The notes under the pieces: model-generated
Database searches by the model: none
What the model was told of the DNA's origin: nothing
Seen by the model: only the letters and a program-made list of their open reading frames with translations
Assembly: GCA_964510435.1 (NCBI GenBank)
Contig: CAZEBU010000001.1
Span: 144,791 to 208,790 of the forward strand
Reading direction: 5' to 3'
Length of the DNA stretch: 64,000 nucleotides
Origin: an uncultured Candidatus Saccharibacteria bacterium
Lineage (GTDB): Bacteria > Patescibacteriota > WWE3 > UBA101185 > UBA10185
Shown: positions 9,126 to 16,887 of the stretch, piece by piece
Layout of the letters: each line of letters opens with the position of its first letter
Numbering within the stretch: position 1 is the stretch's first letter
Position numbers and translations under genes: made by a program

Positions 9126-9762
9126 ACTCCCCGATCTTCTTATCAAAGCCGGTTCTGCGCTCATCCTGGCTGCCGGGGTTTTTTTTGTGGTAGCTTTTTA
9201 TCCCAGCATCGTTTCGGAGACAAAATATCTTTTCCTCAAGCCAAATGAAGATGCTAAGATCATCGTCGATCCAAACCCTAATTTAGATAATAAAACAAGA
9301 GAAAAGTACTACATCAAGCCGGCCGATCCCGAATTTGGACTGGTTATACCTAAGATAGGTGCTAATTCTAAGGTTGTACCCAATGTAAATGCCTACGATC
9401 CTAAAATATATCAACAAGCGTTAACCAAGGGTGTAGCTCATGCGGAAGGTACTGTTTTCCCCGGGCAAATTGGTAACATTTTTGTTTTTTCCCACTCCTC
9501 CAGCAATTTCTACGAGGCAAACAAGTATAATTCTGTTTTTTATCTTCTTAGAAAACTAAACGCTGACGACTTTTTCTATTTTACTTATCAAGGGAAAGTG
9601 TATAAGTACAAGGTAAGAGAGACGAAAATAGTTGAACCAGAAGAAGTTGAGTACTTAACACAGACAACAAGCAAAAAACAAGCCACTCTTATGACCTGCT
9701 GGCCTCCGGGAACTACTCTAAAAAGACTCTTGGTCGTTGGGGAGCTAGTGGAACAGAATTAG
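9100..9762 (+). CDS. Sortase (second copy)
   Basis: N-terminal TM. His motif VFSHSS, catalytic TLMTCWPPG, and Arg in KRLLVVGE. Overlaps the end of the previous gene by 26 nt. Confidence 0.75.
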   Translation: MLERNLKGRLPDLLIKAGSALILAAGVFFVVAFYPSIVSETKYLFLKPNEDAKIIVDPNPNLDNKTREKYYIKPADPEFGLVIPKIGANSKVVPNVNAYDPKIYQQALTKGVAHAEGTVFPGQIGNIFVFSHSSSNFYEANKYNSVFYLLRKLNADDFFYFTYQGKVYKYKVRETKIVEPEEVEYLTQTTSKKQATLMTCWPPGTTLKRLLVVGELVEQN

Positions 9763-9928
9763 CTCAATCCAGCGACGGCAAAAACAAACACCAGCAAGGA
9801 AGCCACTAGTATGAGGTATATGAACATGGATAATCCCTTTTGATTATGCATATTTGTATTATACGCGAAAAAAAGAGCCGATACTCATAGTTTTATGAGC
9901 CGGCTCTGGCTCGTTGGAAACGCAGCGG

Positions 9929-10330
9929 TCATGATACGATCTGGGGTAGCAGAGAAGGAACAGGTTCTCCTATTTCAACGAAGATCTCACCACTCTCTTC
10001 CGTTCTCGCTATCATGATTTCACTGAGCAACTGCCTGATGATGATCTCTAGGTCAAAAGGTGCCTGCTCATTGTCCGGTCCGTTCTTAGATTCCTCAAGA
10101 AGGTTCGAGAATATCCTACACAACCTGGAAGCAGAATCTCCTCCTACAAATAACAAAGGAGCAACAACCGAACAAACAGCCGCCAAAATATCTTTTTCAC
10201 TCACAAATCCTGGTGGTCTACCCTCCTCATACGCCACAATGGTCCTCAAATCTTTGATCAGATCTCCCCAGGCGTACTGCCATTTTGCGTATAACCATAT
10301 ATGCCTATAAGGAGCGGAGTTCCCTCCCAT
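9929..10330 (-). CDS. Hypothetical protein (GC-elevated singleton)
   Basis: 133-aa ORF with protein-like composition. Local GC is visibly higher than the flanks. No recognisable motif. Confidence 0.3.
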   Translation of the reverse strand: MGGNSAPYRHIWLYAKWQYAWGDLIKDLRTIVAYEEGRPPGFVSEKDILAAVCSVVAPLLFVGGDSASRLCRIFSNLLEESKNGPDNEQAPFDLEIIIRQLLSEIMIARTEESGEIFVEIGEPVPSLLPQIVS

Positions 10331-10433
10331 GGGTTTTCCCCTTTCTTTGATTTTCTTTGATGGCTTTTCGTCTCATTATACAACGCACAGGGAAACAGTC
10401 AAGCTATAGGTTTATTTATCTGATCTAATTGTA

Positions 10434-10462
10434 TTGACGCCCAAGAACTAATAGTTTAATAT
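10434..10462 (+). promoter_or_regulatory. Putative sigma70-like promoter of the rpmH-rnpA-yidD-yidC-jag-dnaN operon
   Basis: TTGACG at 10434-10439, a 17-nt spacer, then TAATAT at 10457-10462. The rpmH ATG at 10473 implies a near-leaderless transcript. Confidence 0.4.
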
Positions 10463-10472
10463 ACTGGCTGTC

Positions 10473-10625
10473 ATGCCTAAAAGAAGTTGGCAACCAAAAA
10501 AGAAAAAACGATTAAGAAAACATGGTTTTTTAAAAAGAATGCACACTCCTGGTGGTAAAAGAATTATCAAAAGAAGAAGAGATAAAAAAAGAAAAAGGTT
10601 AGCTGCCGTTATTAGTAGTAAATAA
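10473..10625 (+). CDS. rpmH: 50S ribosomal protein L34
   Basis: A 50-aa ORF found by eye (not in the ORF track): [50 protein letters not shown]. It has the typical L34 K/R-rich composition and HGF motif, and the canonical position upstream of rnpA. Confidence 0.9.
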   Translation: MPKRSWQPKKKKRLRKHGFLKRMHTPGGKRIIKRRRDKKRKRLAAVISSK

Positions 10626-10632
10626 AACATCA

Positions 10633-10977
10633 ATGCTAAAAAAACAAAACCGCCTCTCCACTAAATTTGAATTTAATGTCACGAGAAAACACGGTATAAA
10701 AAAGACCTATGACTATTTTCATTTATTTTACCTAAAACCTAACAATTACGAAGGTTCGGTTAAGATCGGTATTGTCATCCCCAATAAGTTCCATAAAAAT
10801 GCCGTAACGAGAAATAGAATTAAAAGGGTATTTAGAGAATTAATTAGAGGAAATATCAAAAAGCTACCCGATAACACCTGGCTGGTATTCCATCCAAAAG
10901 TAGAAAGTATTAAAGCAAGCCATGAAAAAATTAGCACTGATATTAATAAGGCTCTATCAGAAATTTCTCTCTCCTGA
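10633..10977 (+). CDS. rnpA: Ribonuclease P protein component
   Basis: RNRIKR (RNR motif), basic composition, 114 aa, directly downstream of rpmH. Confidence 0.85.
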   Translation: MLKKQNRLSTKFEFNVTRKHGIKKTYDYFHLFYLKPNNYEGSVKIGIVIPNKFHKNAVTRNRIKRVFRELIRGNIKKLPDNTWLVFHPKVESIKASHEKISTDINKALSEISLS

Positions 10978-11137
10978 AAACTTTGGTTTTCAAGTATGTA
11001 GATTCGAACCGAGTTGTTCAAGATACACCTATAAGGCTGTTGAGAAATATGGTTTATTAAAAGGAGGACTGATGGGACTATACAGAGTTGTAAGATGCAA
11101 CCCCTTTAACAAAGGTGGATCAGACCCCTTGCTTTAA
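10922..11137 (+). CDS. yidD: Membrane protein insertion efficiency factor YidD
   Basis: CRFEPSCSRY (Cys-x-F-x-P-S-C-S-x-Y hallmark), 71 aa. Overlaps the rnpA 3' end, as is common. Confidence 0.85.
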   Translation: MKKLALILIRLYQKFLSPENFGFQVCRFEPSCSRYTYKAVEKYGLLKGGLMGLYRVVRCNPFNKGGSDPLL

Positions 11138-11173
11138 CCAACACACTCTGGCAAAATAACACCTGTTGTCATT

Positions 11174-11947
11174 ATGCTATTAGAACTATACCAAACAATA
11201 TTAGTCAACCCCATATTCAATACCCTAGCCTTGGTATTTCTGTTAACAAATAGTTTGGGTTTTTCCATTATTGGCCTCACCATTGTAGTTAAGACCATAT
11301 CCATTCCGGCTATGCTGCCTTCACTAAGATCGATAAAAAAGCAAAGAAATTTACAACCTCAATTAGACAAGCTCAAAAAAAAATATAAGTACGATAAAAA
11401 GAAACAAGCCGAGCTGCAGATGCAGCTTTTCAAGGAACACGGCATTAATCCTGCCTCCGGTTGTTACAGCATGATCATTACCATACTGATCTTTACTGCT
11501 CTGTATTCCGTGATCAGACAAATAACTCAAGTGGCCGACATTTCCGAAATTAACGCACACCTATACTTTGATTTCCTCAAGTTCACCTCACTAGAGCAGC
11601 TCTCCACAAAGTTTTTCTATCTGGATCTGGCCACACCCGACCCCTACTTTATTATGGCTATACTGGCCGGTGTAACACAATTCATATTGGCAAAAATGAC
11701 CATGCCCTACGTGGAACAAGGTGTTAAAGCCGCTAAAAAAACTCCTGACAAGAAAGATGATTTTGCGTATAATATGCAGAAGCAGTCCATGTACATCATG
11801 CCTGGTATGATGGCTCTGTTGGGATTGAGTCTGCCCTCCGGTGTGATCATGTACATAATCACATCAACCATCTTTTCAGTTGTGCAAAATTATTTTATAA
11901 ATGGATGGGGAGGATTACAGCCCTTAATTAATAAGATAAAAAAGTAA
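11174..11947 (+). CDS. yidC: Membrane protein insertase YidC (short, Gram-positive/Oxa1-like form)
   Basis: Multi-TM with conserved YidC core segments (GLTIVVKTISIP, KEHGINPASGC, MYIMP). Canonical rnpA-yidD-yidC context. Confidence 0.8.
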   Translation: MLLELYQTILVNPIFNTLALVFLLTNSLGFSIIGLTIVVKTISIPAMLPSLRSIKKQRNLQPQLDKLKKKYKYDKKKQAELQMQLFKEHGINPASGCYSMIITILIFTALYSVIRQITQVADISEINAHLYFDFLKFTSLEQLSTKFFYLDLATPDPYFIMAILAGVTQFILAKMTMPYVEQGVKAAKKTPDKKDDFAYNMQKQSMYIMPGMMALLGLSLPSGVIMYIITSTIFSVVQNYFINGWGGLQPLINKIKK

Positions 11948-11948
11948 G

Positions 11949-12392
11949 ATGTCCAAAGAAGCAATAGATAAACATTTGAAAACACTCTTGGGCTATATTG
12001 ACATTGCGCCCGAAGTAACCATTGAGGAAGATGGGGAAGCCTTCAGGATCGATATCCATGGGGACGACCTGAATTTCCTGATCGGCTACAGAGGTGAGTC
12101 TCTGGATGCTTTGCAGTATATTCTCAGCCACGCCGTTTACAAGGACACCAGCAATTGGATACCTCTCACTCTGGATATCAATGGCTATAGAAAACAAAAA
12201 TTAGAAAAGCTGGAGGAAATGGTCATGGCGATCGTCGATAGAGTAAGATTCCATCAAAAAGAGATCAAACTGCCGCCGCTTTCTCCTTTCGAAAGAAGAC
12301 ATATTCACTTGTTTATTGAGGAGTACGTTGATGTAAATAGCGAAAGCAGAGGAGAAGGAAGACAACGAAGATTGTTTCTCATACCTAAATAA
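11949..12392 (+). CDS. jag: Jag/KhpB-like RNA-binding protein (KH + R3H)
   Basis: LIGYRGESLDALQYIL (KH-like GxxG region) and C-terminal R3H-like FERRHIHL. Conserved position after yidC. Confidence 0.75.
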   Translation: MSKEAIDKHLKTLLGYIDIAPEVTIEEDGEAFRIDIHGDDLNFLIGYRGESLDALQYILSHAVYKDTSNWIPLTLDINGYRKQKLEKLEEMVMAIVDRVRFHQKEIKLPPLSPFERRHIHLFIEEYVDVNSESRGEGRQRRLFLIPK

Positions 12393-13507
12393 TGAAGTTT
12401 ACATGCCTGCAAGAAAACCTAACCGACGCATTAACAAAAGTGTATCGCGCCGTACCTACAAAAAGTGAGCTGCCTATTCTCTCCAATATCTTGATCTCTG
12501 CTGAAGACAACCGGCTAAAGATCTCGGCCACTAATTTGTCAACCACTATTGTCACTCACGTAGGCGCCTCTATCGAAGAGGAAGGTGCTATAACCATCCC
12601 GGCTAAAATGCTCAGAGACTACATCGCTAACTTAAGTTCATCTTCCCTAGAAGCTTTTTTAAAAGAAGATATCCTACATGTCAATTCAGAGGCCACCAAA
12701 TCAAGATTTAACGGTGTATCAGCAGAAGATTATCCTGATCTTCCCGAAGAAAACAGCGAGCTAAAAACATTGGAAATTAATGCACAGAAATTTTATGAGG
12801 CCATATCTTCTGTGTCTTTTTGCGCTTCCATTGATGATAGTAGACCGATCTTCACAGGAGTGTATTTTGACTGTGACGGCAAACAGATCACTATTGCCGC
12901 TTCCGACGGGTTTAGATTGTCAGAAGCAAAAATCACTCCGGAAAATAAACCGGGTAAGTTTAGGGTTATTATCCCGGCAAAAACTTTAACCGACTTGGCG
13001 AGAGTTTTTTCGGATCGGGAAGAAAGTATTAAACTCACCTTGGATACAAGAGACAACTTAGCAATTTTTAAACAAGGAGACACCTTAATAGCCACCAGGA
13101 TACTTGACGGTGAATACCCGGATTATACAAAAATCATTCCGGAAGAGACCTCAACGATAGTAGAATTATCCACCAACGAGTTTTTAGAAGCCGTAAAGCT
13201 AACCGATATATTTGCCAAAGAAGCAGATAGCGCTTTGGTCATGAAAATTGACCCCAAAGGTTTTGTTGAGTTGGTAGCTACCGCCCAAGAATCCGGAGAG
13301 CATAAACACAAAATAAAAACGGGTGTAGAAGCAAAAGAAAAACTGGAAATAGGTTTTAACTCAAAATTTTTACTTGATTTCCTAAACAATGTTAAGTCGG
13401 AAAGGATATCCATAAGCACTAACGGAAATTCGGCTCCTTGCATTTTTAAGGCCGTAGATAAGGAAAACTACTTACATATCATTATGCCTATGCAGATCAA
13501 TGGCTAA
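12392..13507 (+). CDS. dnaN: DNA polymerase III beta sliding clamp
   Basis: 371 aa with three-domain clamp architecture. N-terminus MKFTCLQENLTDAL...LSNILISAEDNRLKISATNL is typical of DnaN. Confidence 0.9.
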   Translation: MKFTCLQENLTDALTKVYRAVPTKSELPILSNILISAEDNRLKISATNLSTTIVTHVGASIEEEGAITIPAKMLRDYIANLSSSSLEAFLKEDILHVNSEATKSRFNGVSAEDYPDLPEENSELKTLEINAQKFYEAISSVSFCASIDDSRPIFTGVYFDCDGKQITIAASDGFRLSEAKITPENKPGKFRVIIPAKTLTDLARVFSDREESIKLTLDTRDNLAIFKQGDTLIATRILDGEYPDYTKIIPEETSTIVELSTNEFLEAVKLTDIFAKEADSALVMKIDPKGFVELVATAQESGEHKHKIKTGVEAKEKLEIGFNSKFLLDFLNNVKSERISISTNGNSAPCIFKAVDKENYLHIIMPMQING

Positions 13508-13508
13508 T

Positions 13509-16181
13509 TCAGCTGATATCTCCTGAGCTTTTTTCGTCACCACTAATAGTGAACGTGCCTCCCTCTACACTTGGTTTTTCAGATCTGGGAGGAAGCGGCA
13601 TGGTAGGAACGTTATCATGCTTATTCACTACCTGGGAACCTTGATCTCCCTGCTCCTCTTTTTGAGGAGGAGATGGAGGAGGAGAAGGAGGAGGAGGAAC
13701 ATCCTCTATAATATTATTAGTAGGTTCATGCTTATCTTTGCTCCGTCCGAATAAACTTCCTATGCTTGCTCCGATCTTTTTCACGGCACTCCCTGCCATT
13801 TTAGGAGCATCTTTTGCGTCGCCTTGATTGATAGCACCCGGTTTTTTGATCTCCGTGGTTGCCTCCTCGCTCTGCTTTTTTTGATCGTCAAGTACAGCCT
13901 GCATACCACCACTTGCTTCTTCTTTACCTTTATCCTTTTCTTCTACACCGTCTCCTAAGACTTGAACTTTTACATCCGGTTCGTCCGCCGGCTTAGACTC
14001 AAGCACCTTTTCACCAACTGGCCCTTTCTTTTCTTCCTCTTCCTGCGGGGGAGGGGGCGAAGGTGGTGCTGGCGGTGCAGGCGGCGCCACAGGCTCCGGA
14101 GGAGGAGGTGGAGGCGTCGGTGGTGCCGCGGCGGGCTCCGGCGGCGAAGATACCTCCGGTGACGGCTGTTGTGGGGGAAGTGTTACTGGCGAGCCATCTT
14201 TCTTGTCATCCTTCCATCCGGGAATGGTTACCCCGGAATCCGACTGTGGTTGCGGTACCGGTTCTTTAATTGGAACCTCAGGTTTAGGCTTGTCCGAATC
14301 AAAACTGGTGATAGGTTTGTAAACAGGTCTTTTTTCTGGCGGCTTTATTAATCCTTCTTCCCTAAGCCTCAGCAATTCCTCAGGATCGGTGGTAATCAGT
14401 TTATGCTCTGACTGAGAAGCTTTGATTTTCATGGCAACGTGGTTTGTACCGGCAAAAAAGAGTCCTTCACCAATATCGGCGGCCAGTAATAACCTTCTTT
14501 CTCCTTCTGAGAGGTAAAATATTTCTGATACACGATCAATGGCGGCGGGGTGTTGTTTTAAAAGTATCTGAATCGAGGAATTTGTCACAATAGCCTTTCC
14601 ATAGTCAGAACTTAAAAAGTCGTCAACATCCTGAGAGATGGTAGTCAATCCTAAATAATACTTGCGCGCTCTCTTGGCTATCCCGTAAATAAATCTGGCA
14701 CTATCTTCGTTTTGCATCAAAACCCAAGCCTCCTCTACGATGAGGATCCTTTTCTTTAGATCGCGGCGGATCTTCGTCCAAATGTAATCAAGAATAATGT
14801 AGAAAGCTACCGGTCTTAATACCTCATCTTCAATATTCTTGGTGGAAAAGACGGTCATCTTATTGTCGATATCAACTGTCGACTGAGAATCAAAAATACC
14901 TGCCATAGATCCTCGAATATATTTTTCCAGCCTGTCCGACATACCCTTTGCTTCACTTTCCTGAGCGCCTAACAGAACCTTGTACAGATCCTCCATTATG
15001 GGGGGTTCCCTTTGCATCTGCGTCTCAGGATCAGTGGTAATACCTTTAATTCTGTAGGTCTCTATCAAAGCTCTGTCCAAAATGGCCTCTTCGGTAGGAT
15101 TTAGCTCTCCTAGCATTAACTTAAGCAGAGTATGTAGGGACAACAACTTTTGCCCAAGCTCGTTTTCACCTTCAACAACTACGCCGGACAAGTCAAAGGG
15201 GTTTATCTTATGATCCGAGCTGGGTGAAAAGTCAATATAATTGCCACCTACTGCTTCACACAAAAGCCGGTATTCCTCCTCGGGGTCAATGATCATCACT
15301 TCAGCTCCGAAGATCATTAAACGCAGAGCCTCTAATTTTACATAATAAGATTTACCTGCTCCGGATTTAGCAAAAATAACGGAATTAGCATTTTCCATTG
15401 AAAACCTATCAAAGATGACCAATGAGCCGTTATGCATATTTATGCCGTACATCACTCCTTCATCAGAGGTTAGATCAGAAGAAGTAAAGGGAAAGGTAGT
15501 CGCCAAACTTGTCGTATCCATATTTCTGGTAATGAGTAACTTATCCGAGGCCATAGGCAAGGTTGATTGAAATGCTTCTTCCATTTGCAGGGTGGCAGGT
15601 TTAGAAATTAATAGCAGTGAGCCTAAGGTAGATTCCAATCTACTAGTGACCGTTTCCAGTTCTTCGAGTGAGTCTGTCGTAATGGTAATATAAAAAGAAA
15701 ATTGGAAATACTTCTCTACACCTTTAACTAACTGCTCTTGTAGGGCTTGTGCGTCTTCCAAAGCGGCGCGTACAACAGGGTCCGTCACCCTCCCCTTTTC
15801 TCTATCAGATAGTTCGGTGGCCTCCAACTCGGTGATCTTCCTTCGCAAATCATCCAAGATCATTTTTGCTTTCACGGGATAGTAGAACATGGATAGATCC
15901 AAGGAGTGGTCAAAATTAATGATGGGAGAAAGCCAGTTAGCACCTACGAACCTGGGATATCCCGAGATAAATATTGTTCGATAATAATTATTACCGATCT
16001 TTAAATGATTAAAATCCACCTCTATGGCAGAGGGGGCAATAATATCTCTAACATTAAGCATACCCTCCGCGAGGATACTAGCTGCCGTTTTGCCCGTTTC
16101 TTTGCCCGTTTCTTGAGGCTGTGCAGAAGTAGAAGGAGATTCCTGCTTTTTCTTTTTTCCAAACATTTTAAATAAGTTCAT
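13509..16181 (-). CDS. VirB4/TrbE/TraC-family type IV secretion ATPase with a long C-terminal proline-rich disordered extension
   Basis: Walker A FAKSGAGKSYY. Walker B ILIVEEAWVLM. VirB4 signature RKYYLGLTTISQ (R-K...TQ). N-terminal VirB4-type region DIIAPSAIEVDFNHLKIGNNYYRTIFISGYPRFVGANWL. The C-terminal ~250 aa are P/E/K-rich (PPTPPPPPPEPVAPPAPPAPPSPPPP). Confidence 0.8.
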   Translation of the reverse strand: MNLFKMFGKKKKQESPSTSAQPQETGKETGKTAASILAEGMLNVRDIIAPSAIEVDFNHLKIGNNYYRTIFISGYPRFVGANWLSPIINFDHSLDLSMFYYPVKAKMILDDLRRKITELEATELSDREKGRVTDPVVRAALEDAQALQEQLVKGVEKYFQFSFYITITTDSLEELETVTSRLESTLGSLLLISKPATLQMEEAFQSTLPMASDKLLITRNMDTTSLATTFPFTSSDLTSDEGVMYGINMHNGSLVIFDRFSMENANSVIFAKSGAGKSYYVKLEALRLMIFGAEVMIIDPEEEYRLLCEAVGGNYIDFSPSSDHKINPFDLSGVVVEGENELGQKLLSLHTLLKLMLGELNPTEEAILDRALIETYRIKGITTDPETQMQREPPIMEDLYKVLLGAQESEAKGMSDRLEKYIRGSMAGIFDSQSTVDIDNKMTVFSTKNIEDEVLRPVAFYIILDYIWTKIRRDLKKRILIVEEAWVLMQNEDSARFIYGIAKRARKYYLGLTTISQDVDDFLSSDYGKAIVTNSSIQILLKQHPAAIDRVSEIFYLSEGERRLLLAADIGEGLFFAGTNHVAMKIKASQSEHKLITTDPEELLRLREEGLIKPPEKRPVYKPITSFDSDKPKPEVPIKEPVPQPQSDSGVTIPGWKDDKKDGSPVTLPPQQPSPEVSSPPEPAAAPPTPPPPPPEPVAPPAPPAPPSPPPPQEEEEKKGPVGEKVLESKPADEPDVKVQVLGDGVEEKDKGKEEASGGMQAVLDDQKKQSEEATTEIKKPGAINQGDAKDAPKMAGSAVKKIGASIGSLFGRSKDKHEPTNNIIEDVPPPPSPPPSPPQKEEQGDQGSQVVNKHDNVPTMPLPPRSEKPSVEGGTFTISGDEKSSGDIS

Positions 16182-16182
16182 A

Positions 16183-16884
16183 TTATTCTTCCACTATAGC
16201 CGGGTTGACCACAGCCGTTTTATAATCTTCTATGTTTGTACGAATTCTCTGTCCATGCACTGAGCTGGGATTATAAATATCAAAATATAACTCAACTAAT
16301 TCCTGGGTGGTCATCTGCCTGGCTCGGACACCTATACGGTTGAATTCCTTTATCATGTGATCGAGTTTGGGGTAGAGTTTAATTTCAGCCTCTTTTAAAG
16401 CTTTGTCAACATTAACTGCGACTCTCTTGTGATGTTTACCAAAGAGTTTAATAAAAAAATCAAAAGGACCGGATCCCGGTTCTCGTTCTGACGTTGCCCC
16501 AGAAGGTACAACAACATAAAAGTTTTTGTCCAATACTTCGTTGTTCTTAATGGTATCCTGCACAAACTTCCTGTAGGACTCAGCCTGCATTTTCAACAAC
16601 GGGTCTTCGATCCTCTGTTCCACCCTGTGTACCTTCTCAATATACTTTGTTATATCCAGTCTCTTGGATCTTATGACCACCTGAACAGGGAAGGTTATAG
16701 AGTTTAACAACATAGAAAAAGCCGCAATAGTGGCATCTTGTTCAATTTCGGATAAAAGATCAAAATTTACCGCGGTGGTTTGCAAAACTCCACATACTGT
16801 ACCGCTTTTTAGGATAACGAGATCGTTTTTAATTTCTTGAACGTCTAAATGTTCTTGTGTACTGGCAGTTATATTTGTAGCCAT
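16183..16884 (-). CDS. Hypothetical soluble protein co-transcribed with the VirB4-like ATPase
   Basis: 233 aa, no TM. Sits 1 nt upstream of the VirB4-like gene and 3 nt downstream of the membrane protein gene, so operon context only. Confidence 0.4.
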   Translation of the reverse strand: MATNITASTQEHLDVQEIKNDLVILKSGTVCGVLQTTAVNFDLLSEIEQDATIAAFSMLLNSITFPVQVVIRSKRLDITKYIEKVHRVEQRIEDPLLKMQAESYRKFVQDTIKNNEVLDKNFYVVVPSGATSEREPGSGPFDFFIKLFGKHHKRVAVNVDKALKEAEIKLYPKLDHMIKEFNRIGVRARQMTTQELVELYFDIYNPSSVHGQRIRTNIEDYKTAVVNPAIVEE

Positions 16885-16887
16885 GAC

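Noticed and set aside
10014-10310. 98-aa plus-strand ORF antisense to the 9929-10330 gene
   Set aside because: Ser/Leu/Thr-rich with low-complexity character. The minus-strand frame is longer and has more protein-like composition, though neither is proven.
10448-10633. 61-aa minus-strand ORF antisense to rpmH
   Set aside because: The poly-Leu/Phe/Ile translation is the complement of the Lys/Arg-rich L34 coding sequence.
13650-14200. Possible CRISPR-like or tandem repeat (recurring GGAGGAGGAGG / CGGCGG units)
   Set aside because: These are irregular, in-frame proline/glutamate codon runs within the VirB4-like C-terminal tail. There are no spacer-repeat periodicity and no cas genes.
13962-14351. 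Plus-strand ORFs (66, 68, 60 aa) rich in Arg/Trp/Cys inside the VirB4-like gene
   Set aside because: They lie antisense to the GC-rich proline-codon run (GGNGGNGGN) of the minus-strand gene. Their composition is typical of an antisense artefact, and no start context is visible.
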